DNA of 63,427 nucleotides, counting the filler, from Octopus bimaculoides (lineage: Eukaryota), in assembly GCF_001194135.2 (NCBI RefSeq). It is 3 parts of 3 records of this genome, joined end to end, with 100 filler letters (N's around TTAATTAATTAA, not from the genome) between each part and the next. Parts side by side here need not be neighbours in the genome. Positions count along the whole stretch, not along the records: positions 31,718 to 56,871 come from NC_068983.1; 2 more parts are not named here. The stretch is one strand, 5' to 3'. The notes below the pieces were generated by a model. It made no database searches, was not told the DNA's origin, and saw only the letters and a program-made list of their open reading frames with translations. The position numbers were made by a program, and so were the translations under genes. Positions 37,008-52,403 of the stretch are shown in pieces (the stretch's first letter is position 1; the number at the start of each line of letters is the position of its first letter).

Positions 37008-37629
37008 TCGTATACGTATGCCTACTATAATATAAATGAGAGTATATGTGTGTATGTATAATTCCTCGAAGGTCTGCTAAATGTTTCACTCTAGCGAAAA
37101 ACAAATTTGATTTTCGAAATCTGCGTCTCAGGGACAAGCTATTTGGTTGTTAGTAATCATAAAAAGTATCATTTGGATATGTGAGATGATTCGACATTGA
37201 ACGTCTTTACAAGCTGCCATCATAAACTTGTGATTACTGAGTGTGTGTACGTTTCTATGTGTGTGAGTAGATGTGTGCATGCGCGTCTTATATCTATCTG
37301 TCTCTCTACTTCTCACTATCTGTTATCTGTTTCTTTCTCTCTCTACGTCTCTTTCTATCTCTTTCTTCTTTTTTTCTCTCTCTCCCTCTCTCTGTGTATA
37401 TTCACATATCTCATACATGGCCCTGATATACTATGAAATGCAAGTAAGTCACACCGGACGAGATGTCTGACTATGTATCTCTCGCTAGCTGTCTACCTCT
37501 CTATCGTTCTGTTTGTCTGTCTGTCTCTTTCCCCCTCTGTGTCTTTTCATCTTTTCTTAGTGTAAAATTCCCCACTCTCTATATATTTAACCCACACACT
37601 GTCTGTCACATAATCTCTCTCTCACCCGT

Positions 37630-37660
<31 letters not shown>

Positions 37661-40014
37661 GTTTATACATAGCTCTCACATTGAATGTGTGTACGTTTGT
37701 ATAAACGTGTAGTTGTGGGTGTGTGTGTGTGAGTGTGTTTATGTACATGTTTGTAATGAACTTCATTAGGGCGACAGAGTCAACAGGCCCTCACAAAGCA
37801 TCAGAAGCGAGCTCAGGATATACATGAGCACACGATGCATTGATAAGGTGATAAGCGTGCAAGAGACTGTGTTGCATTGATTCATCAGATGTTCCATTTC
37901 AATTCAAACGGCTACAATTTCCAGTGAATCTTAGTTTTGCCATGATAATCATCAACAAATCATGAGGGCAAACATTTTCATTTGCCCATTTACACCTTGA
38001 AGATCTTGGTTTCACCCATAGTCAGCTTTACGTTGGATGTTCAACAGTAATCAGTAAGAAAAAAATCTTTATCTCTATACACCAAATGGAAAAAGAAAAA
38101 AAAATCGTTTATCGAGATATTATAAATTGCCCCAAATAATGCAGAAATCCGGCATGATTAAGAGGACATCCCAACAGAGAAGGCATTGCTTGACATGGAA
38201 TAAAGAATGGAATAAACGCATTGTATTGTGAAAACTGTGGAGGCGCAATGGCCNNNNNNNNNNNNNNNNNNNNNNNNNNNNNNNNNNNNNNNNNNNNNNN
38301 NNNNNNNNNNNNNNNNNNNNNNNNNNNNNNNNNNNNNNNNNNNNNNNNNNNNNNNNNNNNNNNNNNNNNNNNNNNNNNNNNNNNNNNNNNNNNNNNNNNN
38401 NNNNNNNNNNNNNNNNNNNNNNNNNNNNNNNNNNNNNNNNNNNNNNNNNNNNNNNNNNNNNCGGCAGGGGGTGCTGGCGACACATGTTGTACTCTTTCGC
38501 CCAAACGTTCTCTCACTCTTTCTTCCTGTTTCTTGAGTAAAGCTGCGATGGTGTGGCGTTCCGTCCAGCTGGGAGGGGGTGATACATAACCCATAGAAAC
38601 CGGGAAACCGGGCCCATGAGCCTGGCTAGGCTTTAAAAGGTCGCATAAAAAAATATGAAAATTGCCTCACAACGACAGGCTGCATATATGTGTGTGTGTG
38701 TGTGCGTGCGTGTGTGTGCGTGCGTGTGTGTGCGTGTGTGTGTTTGTGTGTTTGTGCGTCTGTGTGTGTCTAATGCTGCTTTAAAATATGCTTCCAAAAT
38801 CGAGTAGCGACTTAACCACGTGGATGGCTTTAACATTTATGCGTATAGCATCAAACGTAACATCGGTAGAAGTGGCTTACTCATATCACATGTTTGCGAT
38901 GCGAATTTGTCTCTGTGTTAATCTTTGAATTGCTTTTTAAAGATTGTACTGAGGCGAAGAGATACAAGGTAAATAGCATACATAAAACCCGAAAGTGAAG
39001 AAGAGTACAGAGCATTTTCGTTTGTTCATAGTATGTTGTGGGGGAATTTAAACATGTCCCAGAGAGAATATTTTCCCTTACATTTATGTCTTTCACCGAT
39101 AAACAAGAACACGAAGAGTGGACATCGGGCACTTGAAGATGCTGCTGCTGCTGATGACGATGATGATGATGATGATGGCGACGAGGATGATGGTGACTTC
39201 GACGACAATGGTGATGATGATAGTAGTGCCTATTTCGTTTATAGGCCAGCCGTGTGCGAACGAACGTGACGATACAAGCGCAGAGAAATAGCACTGTTTC
39301 ACATAAAAGCAAATTATAAATTAACAGATCCTGAAATATAAGTATACATGGAATACAGCACATTCTACGACTATGAAAAAACATATTTGCATGCGTGTGC
39401 AAAAGTGTGTATGTGTCTGTATATATGTGTGTTTCTGTTGTGCAAATACCCAGGATTATCAGTTATGCGTGATGTACTATGAAAGAGCTCTGGTGTTGCT
39501 TTCTCGTGTTTATTGCTACAAAACTGTCTTCACATCTTTTAACATATTGACTCTGCATACACAGTACCAGGTACATTTGTCACAGTGGGGAAAGAACCTA
39601 CTCTCGTTATTACAGTGGCTGTTTATATGATATAAAATTGCAGAGGCGAATATAATTTAATTCATATACATTTGTCTATTTTATTTAGCCGTTGTCAGCG
39701 CGAATTATGCATGTGCTTACCTAAAACAAAAAAGAGAGAAACAAATTCAGGCTTTTAAATTCTAAAGAATAACATAACTCTAAATTTAATCAATAGAACT
39801 TTTTCCGAAATACCTTTCCGTAAAAAACGGCTACACAACCCACACACCCAAAGATGAATTTAACTTAACAGCGACTATATAAAGACAATACTAAAACAAA
39901 TGGAATGCATTCCGGCGATGGGTTAGTTTGTCGAATCTTGAAAGTCCCTGTCAACCATATTCTTGTATAAATACATATGTATATATGTATAAATATATGT
40001 ATATATATATATAT

Positions 40015-40445
40015 ACACAGATTAAATACGTGTGGACATAAATTTGCGATTGTTCAAACTATTGTATAGTTCTTCAAATGATATAAATGTTTTTATATTA
40101 TTAAATTTGATACAAAACCTCTTTTAAATGGAAGAAACCTGACAGAGCATATTTTCAAAGGGGATTCGACATTATTTCAAAGTTGAAAATTATTAGTAAA
40201 TTAAAAAGTAATGAAATAATGAGTTCTGCGTCGAAGATGATGCACTATCTGATGAGACAGTCCGGAATATATGATACATCACAACATTTTTTTCACCATT
40301 TTATTTATTTGATCCTGGCTGAAAAATTGTAAATATCTTCCGCAATGGGATTCGAATTGGAAACTAATAACAAACACAGGATTCTAACACGAATTAAAAA
40401 CTATATTTCACCCGTCCCTCCAACTGATTTTGCCACAAACTAATA
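40015..40445 (+). mobile_element. Decayed mariner relic
   Basis: EDDALSDETVR HTH-like peptide and a TTTGCCACAAACTAATA terminus resembling a mariner TIR. Confidence 0.35.
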
Positions 40446-43076
40446 TTTACAATCGACAGTAATTTCTGTATTCTTTGTTGACTCATGACTTGTGTCATAT
40501 AAACTATCAACACCAAACATGAGGAGAGAAAGAAAAAAACATCCAATAAAATAAGAAATGAAATATTTCTCGTAGTGTCATCTTTTTTTTTCCCACACAG
40601 TGATCATGGAGTCAAATTCTTAACTGGTGTATGATGTTATTTAATACCTATGACTCAACACTTATGCCAATTCTCAGTAGCAAGTTATCAAATTACAGGC
40701 GCCATTTCTTGGCATTTTTTTTTGTTATTTATTCCACTTGTGATCGTCGTCAATCTTTATAATATAATTTAGATTATTTTGATGTTACCAATTTTCAATG
40801 AGTCAGCAGGCTTCGGATACCTAATATGCTGTAGATTGTCTCTTCAGGGATTTCTTATTTGTTATTTATTATTGCAGCTTTTCGTATCCATAGTTGCAAA
40901 GGAAACGCTAATAATAACTTGTAATAAACAAGCTCTTGATTGGATTAATTCCGTTTGAAAGATTGAAAGACGACAGAGAATGTTTTAAATTTATATGGCA
41001 AAATGGAAAGAAAATTACAAAACAGTGATATATTACATCATTATCATAGTTTTGGTATGGCATTTGCTACAACGATTTTGTGAATGCTAAAATATGCAAG
41101 ATATTAACTGGCAGTGCGGTAAAGCGTTTGTTTTCCTATCACATGGTTTGGGATTCAGTCCCACAATGTGGCATCGTGGGTAAATACCTCCCACTATAGC
41201 CTCTAACCGATTAAATCCTTGTGATTATATATGGTAGATTACACACACACACGTAAACTAGAGGTTCGGCACAAGGGACCGATAGAATAATTAAATGCCA
41301 GACTTTAAAAATCTACTGGGTTTGATTCTTTCGACTAAAGTTCAACAAGCTGGTGATCCAGCATAGTTACTGATTAATGAGTGACACAAATAAAAACTGA
41401 TGACTGACACAAATAAATCTAAAGCGTGACTTAGTCATATACTGACAATTCTCTCGTCACAGATCTTTTACTAATATTCCTGTTTCTCTTGAAATTTCCT
41501 CGTTCTTGAATGAAGTCTGCAGCTAATGTAGTTTCTTTAGGCAGGAAATTTCTTCTTTAATGCATAAGCATTGTACGTCCCAGCCTTATTACTGTATTTA
41601 TTTTATTCCGAAATATTATGCGTTGAATGTAGTAAAAAACGTAGTCAATTAAATTTAATGTACACAAACTACTATATTAGTAACACCTTCAACGATATTT
41701 TTTTACGTAAGTTACTAATAGATCTTAGAAAATCACGAACGATTCATATATTTTCTTTTAAAATCTAAAATTTGACCTCGGAATGAACACAAAATGAATG
41801 CAGCCACAAAAGATGTGTATTGAAATGATAGTTATGAACAGCTTGACATTGAAAGGGAGTTACTATCGAAGGTCAGTCTGAAGAGGGGAGTCACTTCAAT
41901 ATGTACAAAGAAAAGCAACGTGTAAATCTTAATTGTGTATCAGAGATATTTTATATGTCAGGGATAAGTGAATGTTTCATCTGCTCGGTTTCGAGTTCTT
42001 TTATACACACATACACAACCATATGGATCTGTATAAATGTATATTTACGTACAAACACACAGACGCATTTGTTTGTCGATATTTTTGCCAGTGCGCATGC
42101 TCTTTTATGTGTATATAAAATTATATGAAGATATTAGGGCCTTACGTGCATATGCACATAGGTGCGCACACGTATATGATTTAAACGTTTGGAATGTATG
42201 ATTATAAATCTTAGTCCCATTCTGATAGTTCTTCATTTGTTTACCAACAGTACTTCCAGATCGATTCATGTGCATCCGTTTTCGAACTTCATTTATATTG
42301 AACTAAAGAGAGGACAACTATTTCAAAGTTATACGGTAAGATTGAGGTTTGTGTAACATACACAGTGATTGTAAACTAAATGTTTTATATAAGAAAGGTG
42401 GTAAATGAAAGCTTTACTATTTCATATGAGTTTAACATTCATTTTCAATGGTAAATATTATACTCGTATACACAATGGCCTCGAGGTTATTAACATTAGA
42501 AGTGATATATTATTGTTGCAATCGAAAACATAAATTACTTCCCTTGACTATGCATGTTCAAAGAAACTTATTTCTGCCACGCTTACTGCTACAAATCGGA
42601 ATTAACTTGGAATCTTTCTATTATAGTACTGAAATCGAAATGTTTGGCACACCTTCTAGGAAAACTTGGCATAGCATCACTGCAACATTGTTAATTTCCT
42701 TTTTGTAAAATTTTGCGTGTTGCCTACAAATATCACAGTTATCCGGTTCTCGTTTCAAACACACACACTCGCGCACACACGCACACAGACACACACACAC
42801 ACACACACATACATACAAAAATAAACGCTACTCACAAGTGTATACGCTATTTCAGCTGTGCTTGTGTGTATTTGATATGTGTGAGTATATTTGGACAATT
42901 GTACGTATCCGTGCATTACACTAACATACAGACTGACGTACAAACTCATACGCATACAAACACACACACATACACACATACACACTCCAACACATATATA
43001 TATATAAATACATACATATATAAATATTTCTGAGGCTAAAAATGGTAGCAACACTGCCGCTTTACGTTGGAAAATA

Positions 43077-43121
<45 letters not shown>

Positions 43122-43466
43122 NNNNNNNNNNNNNNNNNNNNNNNNNNNNNNNNNNNNNNNNNNNNNNNNNNNNNNNNNNNNNNNNNNNNNNNNNNNNNNN
43201 NNNNNNNNNNNNNNNNNNNNNNNNNNNNNNNNNNNNNNNNNNNNNNNNNNNNNNNNNNNNNNNNNNNNNNNNNNNNNNNNNNNNNNNNNNNNNNNNNNNN
43301 NNNNNNNNNNNNNNNNNNNNNNNNNNNNNNNNNNNNNNNNNNNNNNNNNNNNNNNNNNNNNNNNNNNNNNNNNNNNNNNNNNNNNNNNNNNNNNNNNNNN
43401 NNNNNNNNNNNNNNNNNNNNNNNNNNNNNNNNNNNNNNNNNNNNNNNNNNNNNNNNNNNNNNNNNN

Positions 43467-43498
<32 letters not shown>

Positions 43499-44790
43499 AC
43501 ACACACAGACACACACACTCAGATATATATATATATATAAACAATTATCCAGGTTAAAGAGAAGTATCAAGGCTTGCATCCATTTCTTTGCTCCTCAGTG
43601 CATATTGTTTTCATCATCTCAGTTAAAATAACTATTGTTGAGATAACTAAGTTTTGAATTTAAAAAGAAGAAATTGCTTTCATCACCTGCACATGTATTT
43701 TTTGTTTCTAAGGTTTCTTAAATACAATGCATGGTAGCATCTACATTTTCTATAGTTTTCACCACTCATCATATTTATAGATAAATACGTAGTCGCAGCG
43801 TAGCTGCTGCGTATATCAAATATATTATACAGATACACCACGACATATGTTACAATCAAAAGACAAATATATTAATTTTACGTTGCTTCAGTCGTTGTTT
43901 TGAGATCGCCAGTATCCAATAATGTATATTGATATCCGACTAAGCGTAGATATTGTTAGGATACAGAATACAGCGTTACTTACTTTGAGAGCACCTCTCA
44001 TTTCGAAACATTGGGTATAAAGGCACCGTATGTATATTTCTGACAGTTGAAAACCCTCTGCTACAGCCGAAAGAAATTTCTGATCACCTGATTTCAACGT
44101 AACTAGGTTTACTTTTGTACACGAGGCAATATGAGAAGCCTTCTTAAGAAAAATAACGCAGTGCTTAGTGTTCTAATACAATGTGTACATTAAGATTGAT
44201 ATAAGGACAGCCTATTTTAATTTCGGTTCGAGCAAACGGGCTGATTATATACTTTGGTAGATGGCAATATCCATTATCAGAGAGGTATTATACCTGTTTA
44301 CAGTGGTGAAATACTCGACATTATAGAAAAGGAGAGCCCTGCGTATTTTATTGAGTAGATGCGATTGAGTATTCATCACTAGATATTACTGAATATTCTG
44401 TACCTGAATACATCAGGGCCAAATTATTTGGTCATAGGAATTTCAATTCTCTGAGGTAAAATCCAAGCTGACAGACGAGATTATTAATTAGTTGGCAGGC
44501 CTCATTCCTATTCAGAACTCTTCATTGGTATAAAGTATCCAAATGTTGTCACTTGACTTCATTACAAAGGCTGTCGTATATAGAAGCTTGATTAATTTGT
44601 TTCAGTATTGAAATAGATCCCATCATTTGTTTCAGGCGGCCAGTACTCTTTTCATCTATTCTTTCCTTCTTTTGAAGGATGTGATCTAAGGATTGTCCTT
44701 CATTCTTCCACTCCGTTAAATACCGCCACAAATACGCAAAATATGAACCATCCGTGAAGATTCCAACTATATCTAGTAATGTTCATATAA

Positions 44791-44995
44791 TATATGAATT
44801 CTAGTCAATATTTTGTTTACAAGATATAGTGTGTGGAAACACATGTTAACATGTAGGGACTACATACTTTCGTAAACTCCCCAGTAAATATTGTTATATA
44901 TGAATTCTAGTCAATATTTTGCTTACAAGATATAGTGTATGGATACACATGTTCACTTGTAGGGACTACATATTTTTGTAAACTCTCCATTAAAT
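44791..44995. repeat. Two-copy ~106-bp tandem duplication
   Basis: TATATGAATTCTAGTCAATATTTTG at 44791 and 44897, with scattered substitutions. Confidence 0.9.
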
Positions 44996-45796
44996 CATGT
45001 TATATCTATCTCTAAAATTCATATTCCGTTTAGCATAATTACTTGCGGTAGTGTGCTTCTTATAAACATATAAGCACCCATTGCTTTTCTAAGTCTATGT
45101 ATGTGTGCATGCATGTATGCCACACTTGTTTTCATTATGCAACATTTTTCTCTCGTGTTAGTTAATTTGTTACTCCAAAACACACCTCTACCTTTCGAAT
45201 GTTTATAAGACCGATAGTAATGAGTCAAGTATAAGTGGTTGAAAAGCATTGCATATAACAGTTGTCCACATAAGTACTGGATAAAGATGCTTTGGTCTCT
45301 AGCTTTTGAAAAACTGAAGACAGTTAAGGGCATACATATAGACATACTTATCTGAGATGTTTTTAGTGCTTCAGTATTTCACTTTTTCTTGTTTTTAATC
45401 GCAAACAGTAGGTATATCATGATCTTGGATTGCAAACAGGTACAACAACTAAGTTTATTGATATATAACAGAAATGCACCTAGTATAATTTGCAAATTGT
45501 GTTCGATTTGAGCCCGATTTCATGTGCCTGGAAGCATAGTAATTTAGTAGAATACCGACGGAACGTCCTTTAAGTCATCGTTGATATATGTTAATTACTG
45601 TGCGATACGTTCCTACACAGCACTGAGTGCTTATTTCTAATTCATTTATTAGAAGAAATGGTAGTTGTCACGAAGTTACATGAGCGAGAGTGAGTAAGAC
45701 TGGTGATATCGACTGAATGCTTGCAACTGGGCGGTTTGCATCTATAAAACTGAGAAAAGAATGTTTTCTCAAAACATTTGTTTTTTCAATTTGCAT

Positions 45797-45855
<59 letters not shown>

Positions 45856-46714
45856 CTCTATCTATCTATTCACACGACGAAACATACACACAGACACACA
45901 CACACACAGACACATACATAAATACACACACACACACACACATATATGTGTTATGAGAGTAAGTGTTGGTATTGGTTCCGGCGCGCCCGCGCACGTATAT
46001 GTGTGTAGGAATGCTTTGCAGTAAATATTTCCTAACAGCACGTCTTTAACTGTAGCGATATCCAACATTTGCAAAACCAGAATTAATATTATTTTCTGTT
46101 TTTTTTTTGTTTCTATCCTCAGGTTTGTTGAGAGCTATAAGTAATTTTAGCATTGATTTCTCTGAGGAATCAGTAATGAAATTAGTTTTGCAATTCATTT
46201 TACATGTGTGATTTCCATTTTACACCGAACAATAAGAAAGCATCGGAGCAAGTATATACCAAAATTTATGGATTTAACCTTTGGGAGTTTCGAATTTCCA
46301 ATGCAGTTGAAATATATTACCATAAACTAATGTATTGCTTTTGTATATTTAGCAGAGAAAATTAGAAAGATAGCGTAATATATATGAACAATAGCAAATG
46401 ACAATCATTCATAATAACACTAAATATATTCGTAAAGAAGTTGGATTAAATTTTACAAAGGTTTTAAAATCTAAGTTGCTTTAAAATGTCACCTTTCACA
46501 TTCCGTTTCTAAATTTAGAACACATTAAATGTATTGAGTACATTTAAAAAAAGAATTACCATAATTTAATGTAATCACGTTCAATTAAGTAATTTCTTAA
46601 ACAGAACAAATACTGCATTAAGAAGTCAAAAACAATCTTAAAGATGAAGTGAATACGTGTTATCACTTTGGGAAATAAATCGAAAGCTATTTATTGTAAC
46701 TAATATCGGTTTTA

Positions 46715-47612
46715 AAATTTGGAACAAGGAAAGCAATTTTAGGGGAGAGGTTAAGTAGAGAAAATTGAAGCTAAAGACTAACCTGTTACTTATTTTATCG
46801 ACCACCGAAAGGATGAACGGTAAAGTCAGACTCGGCCAAACTTGAACTCAGAACGTAAAGAAGGATGGCATGCCGTTAAATATTTTGTCTGCGGTCTAAC
46901 GATTCTGCCAAACTCGCTGCCATATGAATAAAAGTATAATATAGGTTCAAAGTTTGATACAAGGCAAGCAACAACGGGGAATAGGATTAAATGTATTACA
47001 TCAACCTCGGTCCACAACTGCTACTTAATTTATCGCCCCCGAAAGATGAAAAGTAAAGTCGACCTCGGGTGAAATTGAATTTAGAAGATAAAGACGGACA
47101 AAATACCGCGAAGCATTTTAAGCGACTTGCTTACGATTCTGACAGCTCGTCGCCATATAAATGTGTATACTATTCGTTTCATATTGGGGCACAAGACAAG
47201 CAATTTCAGGCTAGGGCGTAAGTTTATTAAAGCGACCCTACTGTTTAACTGCTAATTATTTTATCGAAAGAACGAAAAATTAAGTTGATTTTGGCAGGAT
47301 TTGAACTCAGAACTTTGAAGTGGACAAAATACCACTAAGTGTTTCGGCGGGAGCGCTAACAATTCTGTCAGCTCAGCGTCTTAGATAAATGTATAATATT
47401 ATTTTCTACTCTAGGCAAAAGAGACTAGAAATTTTGGGGGTGGGAACCAGTCGATTATATTGAATCCAGTATGCAACTGGTAATTAATTTGTAGACCTCG
47501 CAGGGATGAAAGGTAAAGTCGACCTCGGCGGAATTTGAACTCAGAAATTAAAGACAGACGAAATACTACTATACATTTTGCCCGGCGTGCTAACGATTCT
47601 GCCAGCTCGCCG
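46715..47612 (-). mobile_element. Four head-to-tail SINE family B copies
   Basis: Heads end near 46921, 47154, 47380 and 47612; each has the GAAAGGATGAA.GG.AAAGTCGACCTCGG domain. Confidence 0.85.
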
Positions 47613-50600
47613 TTTTAACTAAAGGTATAATGTTGACGGTAGTATGTAAGTGAAAATAAAAATTAATTTTATTTTGAATGTAACGGACATACACCCATCG
47701 TATGAAATTTAGTGCATTATACAACTGATTATAAACACAATTATGGTAATAAAAATAGCCATGTAAACTACTAGACTATTTTTTAAATTGTTGCTAAAAC
47801 AAATAGAAGTGTTTGTCAGAACAGCGATACATTAAAAATTCCACGTAAGAAATTCGATCTTTGGTTCAGAAAAAGGTTTTATTACTCAATTAATATGTAC
47901 GAAAATATGCTGCGGGGAACATGTAAAACTCTTACTTTCCATTCCTTTTATCTTTCATCAAAGATTTCCGAAAGAATGGCTATACTCATAATGTTCGACC
48001 ATTCACTAAGTACGGCAGGTATGCAGCATACTTTTTGTAGATTTTATTACACACACACACACACACACACACANNNNNNNNNNNNNNNNNNNNNNNNNNN
48101 NNNNNNNNNNNNNNNNNNNNNNNNNNNNNNNNNNNNNNNNNNNNNNNNNNNNNNNNNNNNNNNNNNNNNNNATATATAGGTGAAGTATATTTGCCGCTTA
48201 AATGTGGCTGACCCCTAAGGGTGGATGTTACTGTTGCTTTTAGCCCCAGGAGAACATCTCCTCTAGCTGGCTATTGACACACATCTGTGTCCTGTCTGTA
48301 TTTGTCGTACGTATCGCAGATCAAGATGGGAAGGATGAATTCCCTCCGAAATAGAAACCATGTAAGCGTGGCAAGCGATCACACCGCCGCACTGAAGCTC
48401 CCACAATTCTAGCCCAATAGGGCCGAGGTATTGTACCCCCAGTTAAAATTAAGGAGATCACCTCGGACATGGCAAAAGATTCGTGGACACAGTAACACGG
48501 ATGTTAGATATTGTAATCGAGATGAAGGAGAACACGATTGGTGGTGCGATGTACTGAGATTGTGTAGTCCTCCCCATATAGCAAGACATATCGAGTAAAA
48601 TATGTTGATTTTAGCAAATTTGATTAATATTGATGGATTGTAGTCATGTTTGATATTGGATAAGGTCAAAGGTAGGTAGTATCTGATAATGTAATGTTCG
48701 TAATGTTAAATTAAGGTAACGTTTAATTGTAAGAGACAGAATTGCCGATGGTGATGTTTCGGTGAGGTATCTAGAAACTCAGCATATTTGATAGAAATGT
48801 GAGAAGTGACTTCTAGATTTGAACATTGATTGGCAGTTATGAAGAACGATAAAAATCGTCGATAAAATGCGGGTTTGATGTGAAAAACGAGCAGGTGCAT
48901 ATCGTTGAAGCTTGTAATAATTTTATCTCCATGATAGATGTTAGTGATAACATAAAGAGAGGCATTTCACTGTGTGGAGAAGTGTGGATATAATATGCGT
49001 GGGCCTAGAGAGACGACCAAGAACGTACTTGGTGGTGCTTACTGTGTAAGGGATTGTTTTCCACATGGATGAGGAGCTGGAACGAGAAGGAAAAAGAATG
49101 ATCTAAAGATGCAGAACATGGGATTCTATATTAGCAGGAGGAACTGCGTGCAGTTTGCATTTTGAATGGTGTCTCATCTTCACAGCTGTGTCATTACCAT
49201 CACGTCTACTATAGATTCACTCTATAGTCTTTGGGCTACGAAATGGAACTACATTCCCGTCAAAATATCTTTAAAACATTTATTTTTCAGAAATCTCAAT
49301 ACTTGCATAATACGATACATAGCACACGCACGCGCACATATTAGCGCACATACACGCGTTCAGTGTGTGCACACACACACATTATTAGAAATCTTTGAAC
49401 CGACACATTAAAACTGTTCTATAATCTAAAACTCAAAACATGATCATAAGATATATTCACTCAATTACTGTAAATAGTGTTAAAAGTAGTTGTCAAACTT
49501 TGGCATCATAATAACATGATGCATTAAATTTATTAGTTATTAGTAACAGAACTTTTAGAATCATAGCAATATCTATAGGGACGGAAACATCTTACACGAA
49601 GACGCCATCCACACCTACATTCAATAGTAGATTCTAATGTGAAGAATGTTTCACTTTTAAAGAGGAGATGAACAACAACAAAAAAAAAAGAAAGAGAAAA
49701 ACAATAATAATAAATTAAAAACCCAGAAACTATCAGCGTATGNNNNNNNNNNNNNNNNNNNNNNNNNNNNNNNNNNNNNNNNNNNNNNNNNNNNNNNNNN
49801 NNNNNNNNNNNNNNNNNNNNNNNNNNNNNNNNNNNNNNNNNNNNNNNNNNNNNNNNNNNNNNNNNNNNNNNNNNNNNNNNNNNNNNNNNNNNNNNNNNNN
49901 NNNNNNNNNNNNNNNNNNNNNNNNNNNNNNNNNNNNNNNNNNNNNNNNNNNNNNNNNNNNNNNNNNNNNNNNNNNNNNNNNNNNNNNNNNNNNNNNNNNN
50001 NNNNNNNNNNNNNNNNNNNNNNNNNNNNNNNNNNNNNNNNNNNNNNNNNNNNNNNNNNNNNNNNNNNNNNNNNNNNNNNNNNNNNNNNNNNNNNNNNNNN
50101 NNNNNNNNNNNNNNNNNNNNNNNNNNNNNNNNNNNNNNNNNNNNNNNNNNNNNNNNNNNNNNNNNNNNNNNNNNNNNNNNNNNNNNNNNNNNNNNNNNNN
50201 NNNNNNNNNNNNNNNNNNNNNNNNNNNNNNNNNNNNNNNNNNNNNNNNNNNNNNNNNNNNNNNNNNNNNNNNNNNNNNNNNNNNNNNNNNNNNNNNNNNN
50301 NNNNNNNNNNNNNNNTATATATATATATATATATATATATTACATATGTATACGTGCACATATACATGTATACCTATATGTATTATATGTGTGTGTCTGT
50401 TTGTGTATATGTGTGTGTGTGTGTGTGTGTGCGCGTGAGTGTGGTATACACCTGTGTAGATGATTTTACGTTCAAACAATTGTAAGTTGCTATGAAGCGT
50501 AAAAGCACTCTATAACTTGATTTAAAATGGCAAAACATTCAAAGCAGACATTGTGAATCAACGGCATAATGTTTATCCAGATGCCTACGGATAGATATTC

Positions 50601-50699
50601 ACACGCAGACACACACACACGCGTGGACATATCGTAAGGAAGAACAATACGGATTTGCTAAGTAGGAACTGCGATATATATCTTCCGAATACTAATTGT

Positions 50700-51380
50700 C
50701 TATCATGACAATTACACTAAAGATATACCCTGAAATTTTCTATCACCATTGACTATTCTCCAGTATATCATAAAACATTTCAATGGTATTTTTAATCGCC
50801 TCTAAAACCCCAGTGAATATGAAGTGATATTGATAGCATCAAGAGATCTACATTGCTGCTCCAGTGGTCAGGCATCTATGTAATATAGGTCGCAGATAAG
50901 AAAGCTTGCCCGCTTTTTCTCAAGATGCATTATGGGGATTTTGTATATTGCACAAGATGTGTACATCAGAAAGGAGAATGATAAGAATGAGAAAGGTGAT
51001 CTCCGATAGATACCAACCCTCCATTTTAGTGAAATAGATTTCAAAATTGTTTTGTGTCAGAAGATTGAGATTTCGTCTTTTTGAGTAAATTCTTTGAAAA
51101 AATATTTGGGTTCCGAAATTTCTGTTTTCTGTCGAGCATGACCAGATGCATTATGAATTCATTAGTAATTGTAAGAACAATACGAATATTGATGGTATAA
51201 TTTTGATTTAAAGTGAACCAGTACCTCTGATATCTATAAGAACTGGCTACACATGTTCTTGTTTTTCAAATTCTCTAATGTAGTGGCTGATAGGCTGCGG
51301 GCAAGATACGAACATTTTGACAGATTTACCACATACCCGTATGTCCCAGAATCACTGCTCCTCTACAAAGATATTTCTAC
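50700..51380 (-). mobile_element. Highly decayed Penelope-like RT fragment
   Basis: Minus-strand peptide WRVGIYRRSPFS...YTSCAIYKI resembles PLE T.VYRKPT....L...S..P..YK; many stops. Confidence 0.35.
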
Positions 51381-51394
51381 CTATAAATGTATAT

Positions 51395-51560
51395 AGGAGT
51401 TGCTGTGCGGCGAGAAGCTTGCTTTACGGCCACATGGTTTTGGTTTCAGTCCCACTGCGTGGCACTTTGGAAAAGTGTCTTCTATTATAGCCACGGACCG
51501 ACCAAAGCCTTGTGAGTGGGTTTGGTACACGGAAACTGAAAGAGACCCGTCATATGTATG

Positions 51561-51599
<39 letters not shown>

Positions 51600-51870
51600 T
51601 CATATATATATGCGTGTGTGTGTGTGTGTGTGTGTGTCTGTGTGTGTGAGTGTGTGTGTGTGTACGTGTGTGTGGGTATATATGTATTTGTGCGTCTGTG
51701 GTTGTCGCACCACAATTGCATGACAACCTATATTGGTGTGTTTAGTCCCGGTAACGTAGCGTTTCGGCCAAAGATATCGATAGATTAAGTACTAGGCTTG
51801 GTGTCAATTTGTTCGACTAAAAGTGGTCCTCCAACATAGCCGCAGCCAAATGACTGAAACATGTATAATA
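51395..51870 (+). mobile_element. SINE family A
   Basis: Head, long internal (TA)/(TG) repeats and tail. Confidence 0.8.
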
Positions 51871-51892
51871 AAAAAAATAAAAGAATCACTTC

Positions 51893-51956
<64 letters not shown>

Positions 51957-51972
51957 TTCTCTCTCTCTTTCG

Positions 51973-52010
<38 letters not shown>

Positions 52011-52403
52011 TTTTCTCTCTCTCTCTTTCTCCCCCCCTCTCTCTCTCTATATATATATCCGACTAGCTGAAAATGACTACATTAAATTATTGCATATACC
52101 AATTTACATATTAGATACATTCCTGGAGCTGGTATGTACATATTAATGATTTGTACGTAAGTAATACTTCGTTATGCAAACATAATGCACTACAAGTATA
52201 CTAAATGTTTTCACAAGTCAATACTACATTCTACTGTGTCAGCAGTATTTCGAACATTGAAGTTGGCAATTAACCAACACTTTATCGCGCTGCTACTGTA
52301 TAAATCTCTCTGAGAGATTTAGAAATTAAATATTTCTAATTTTGTAGATCAGTGAATTTATTTCACTTGAAATCTGTTTTCAAAGGTGAATAAGCATCGA
52401 CAG

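Noticed and set aside
40245-40285. CTGATGAGACAGTC motif
   Set aside because: No GAAA box or stem I; better explained as mariner coding sequence (LSDETV).
41877-41910. CUGAAGA-GGGGAG...CUUC motif
   Set aside because: No GAAA box and no stem I.
44035-44090. CUGAC-A...CAGCC-GAAA-GAAAUUUC-UG HHR-like string
   Set aside because: G8 is missing, the cleavage position is G, and there is no stem I.
48400-49150. Possible decayed LINE RT on the minus strand
   Set aside because: Only vague peptide resemblance; not supportable by eye.
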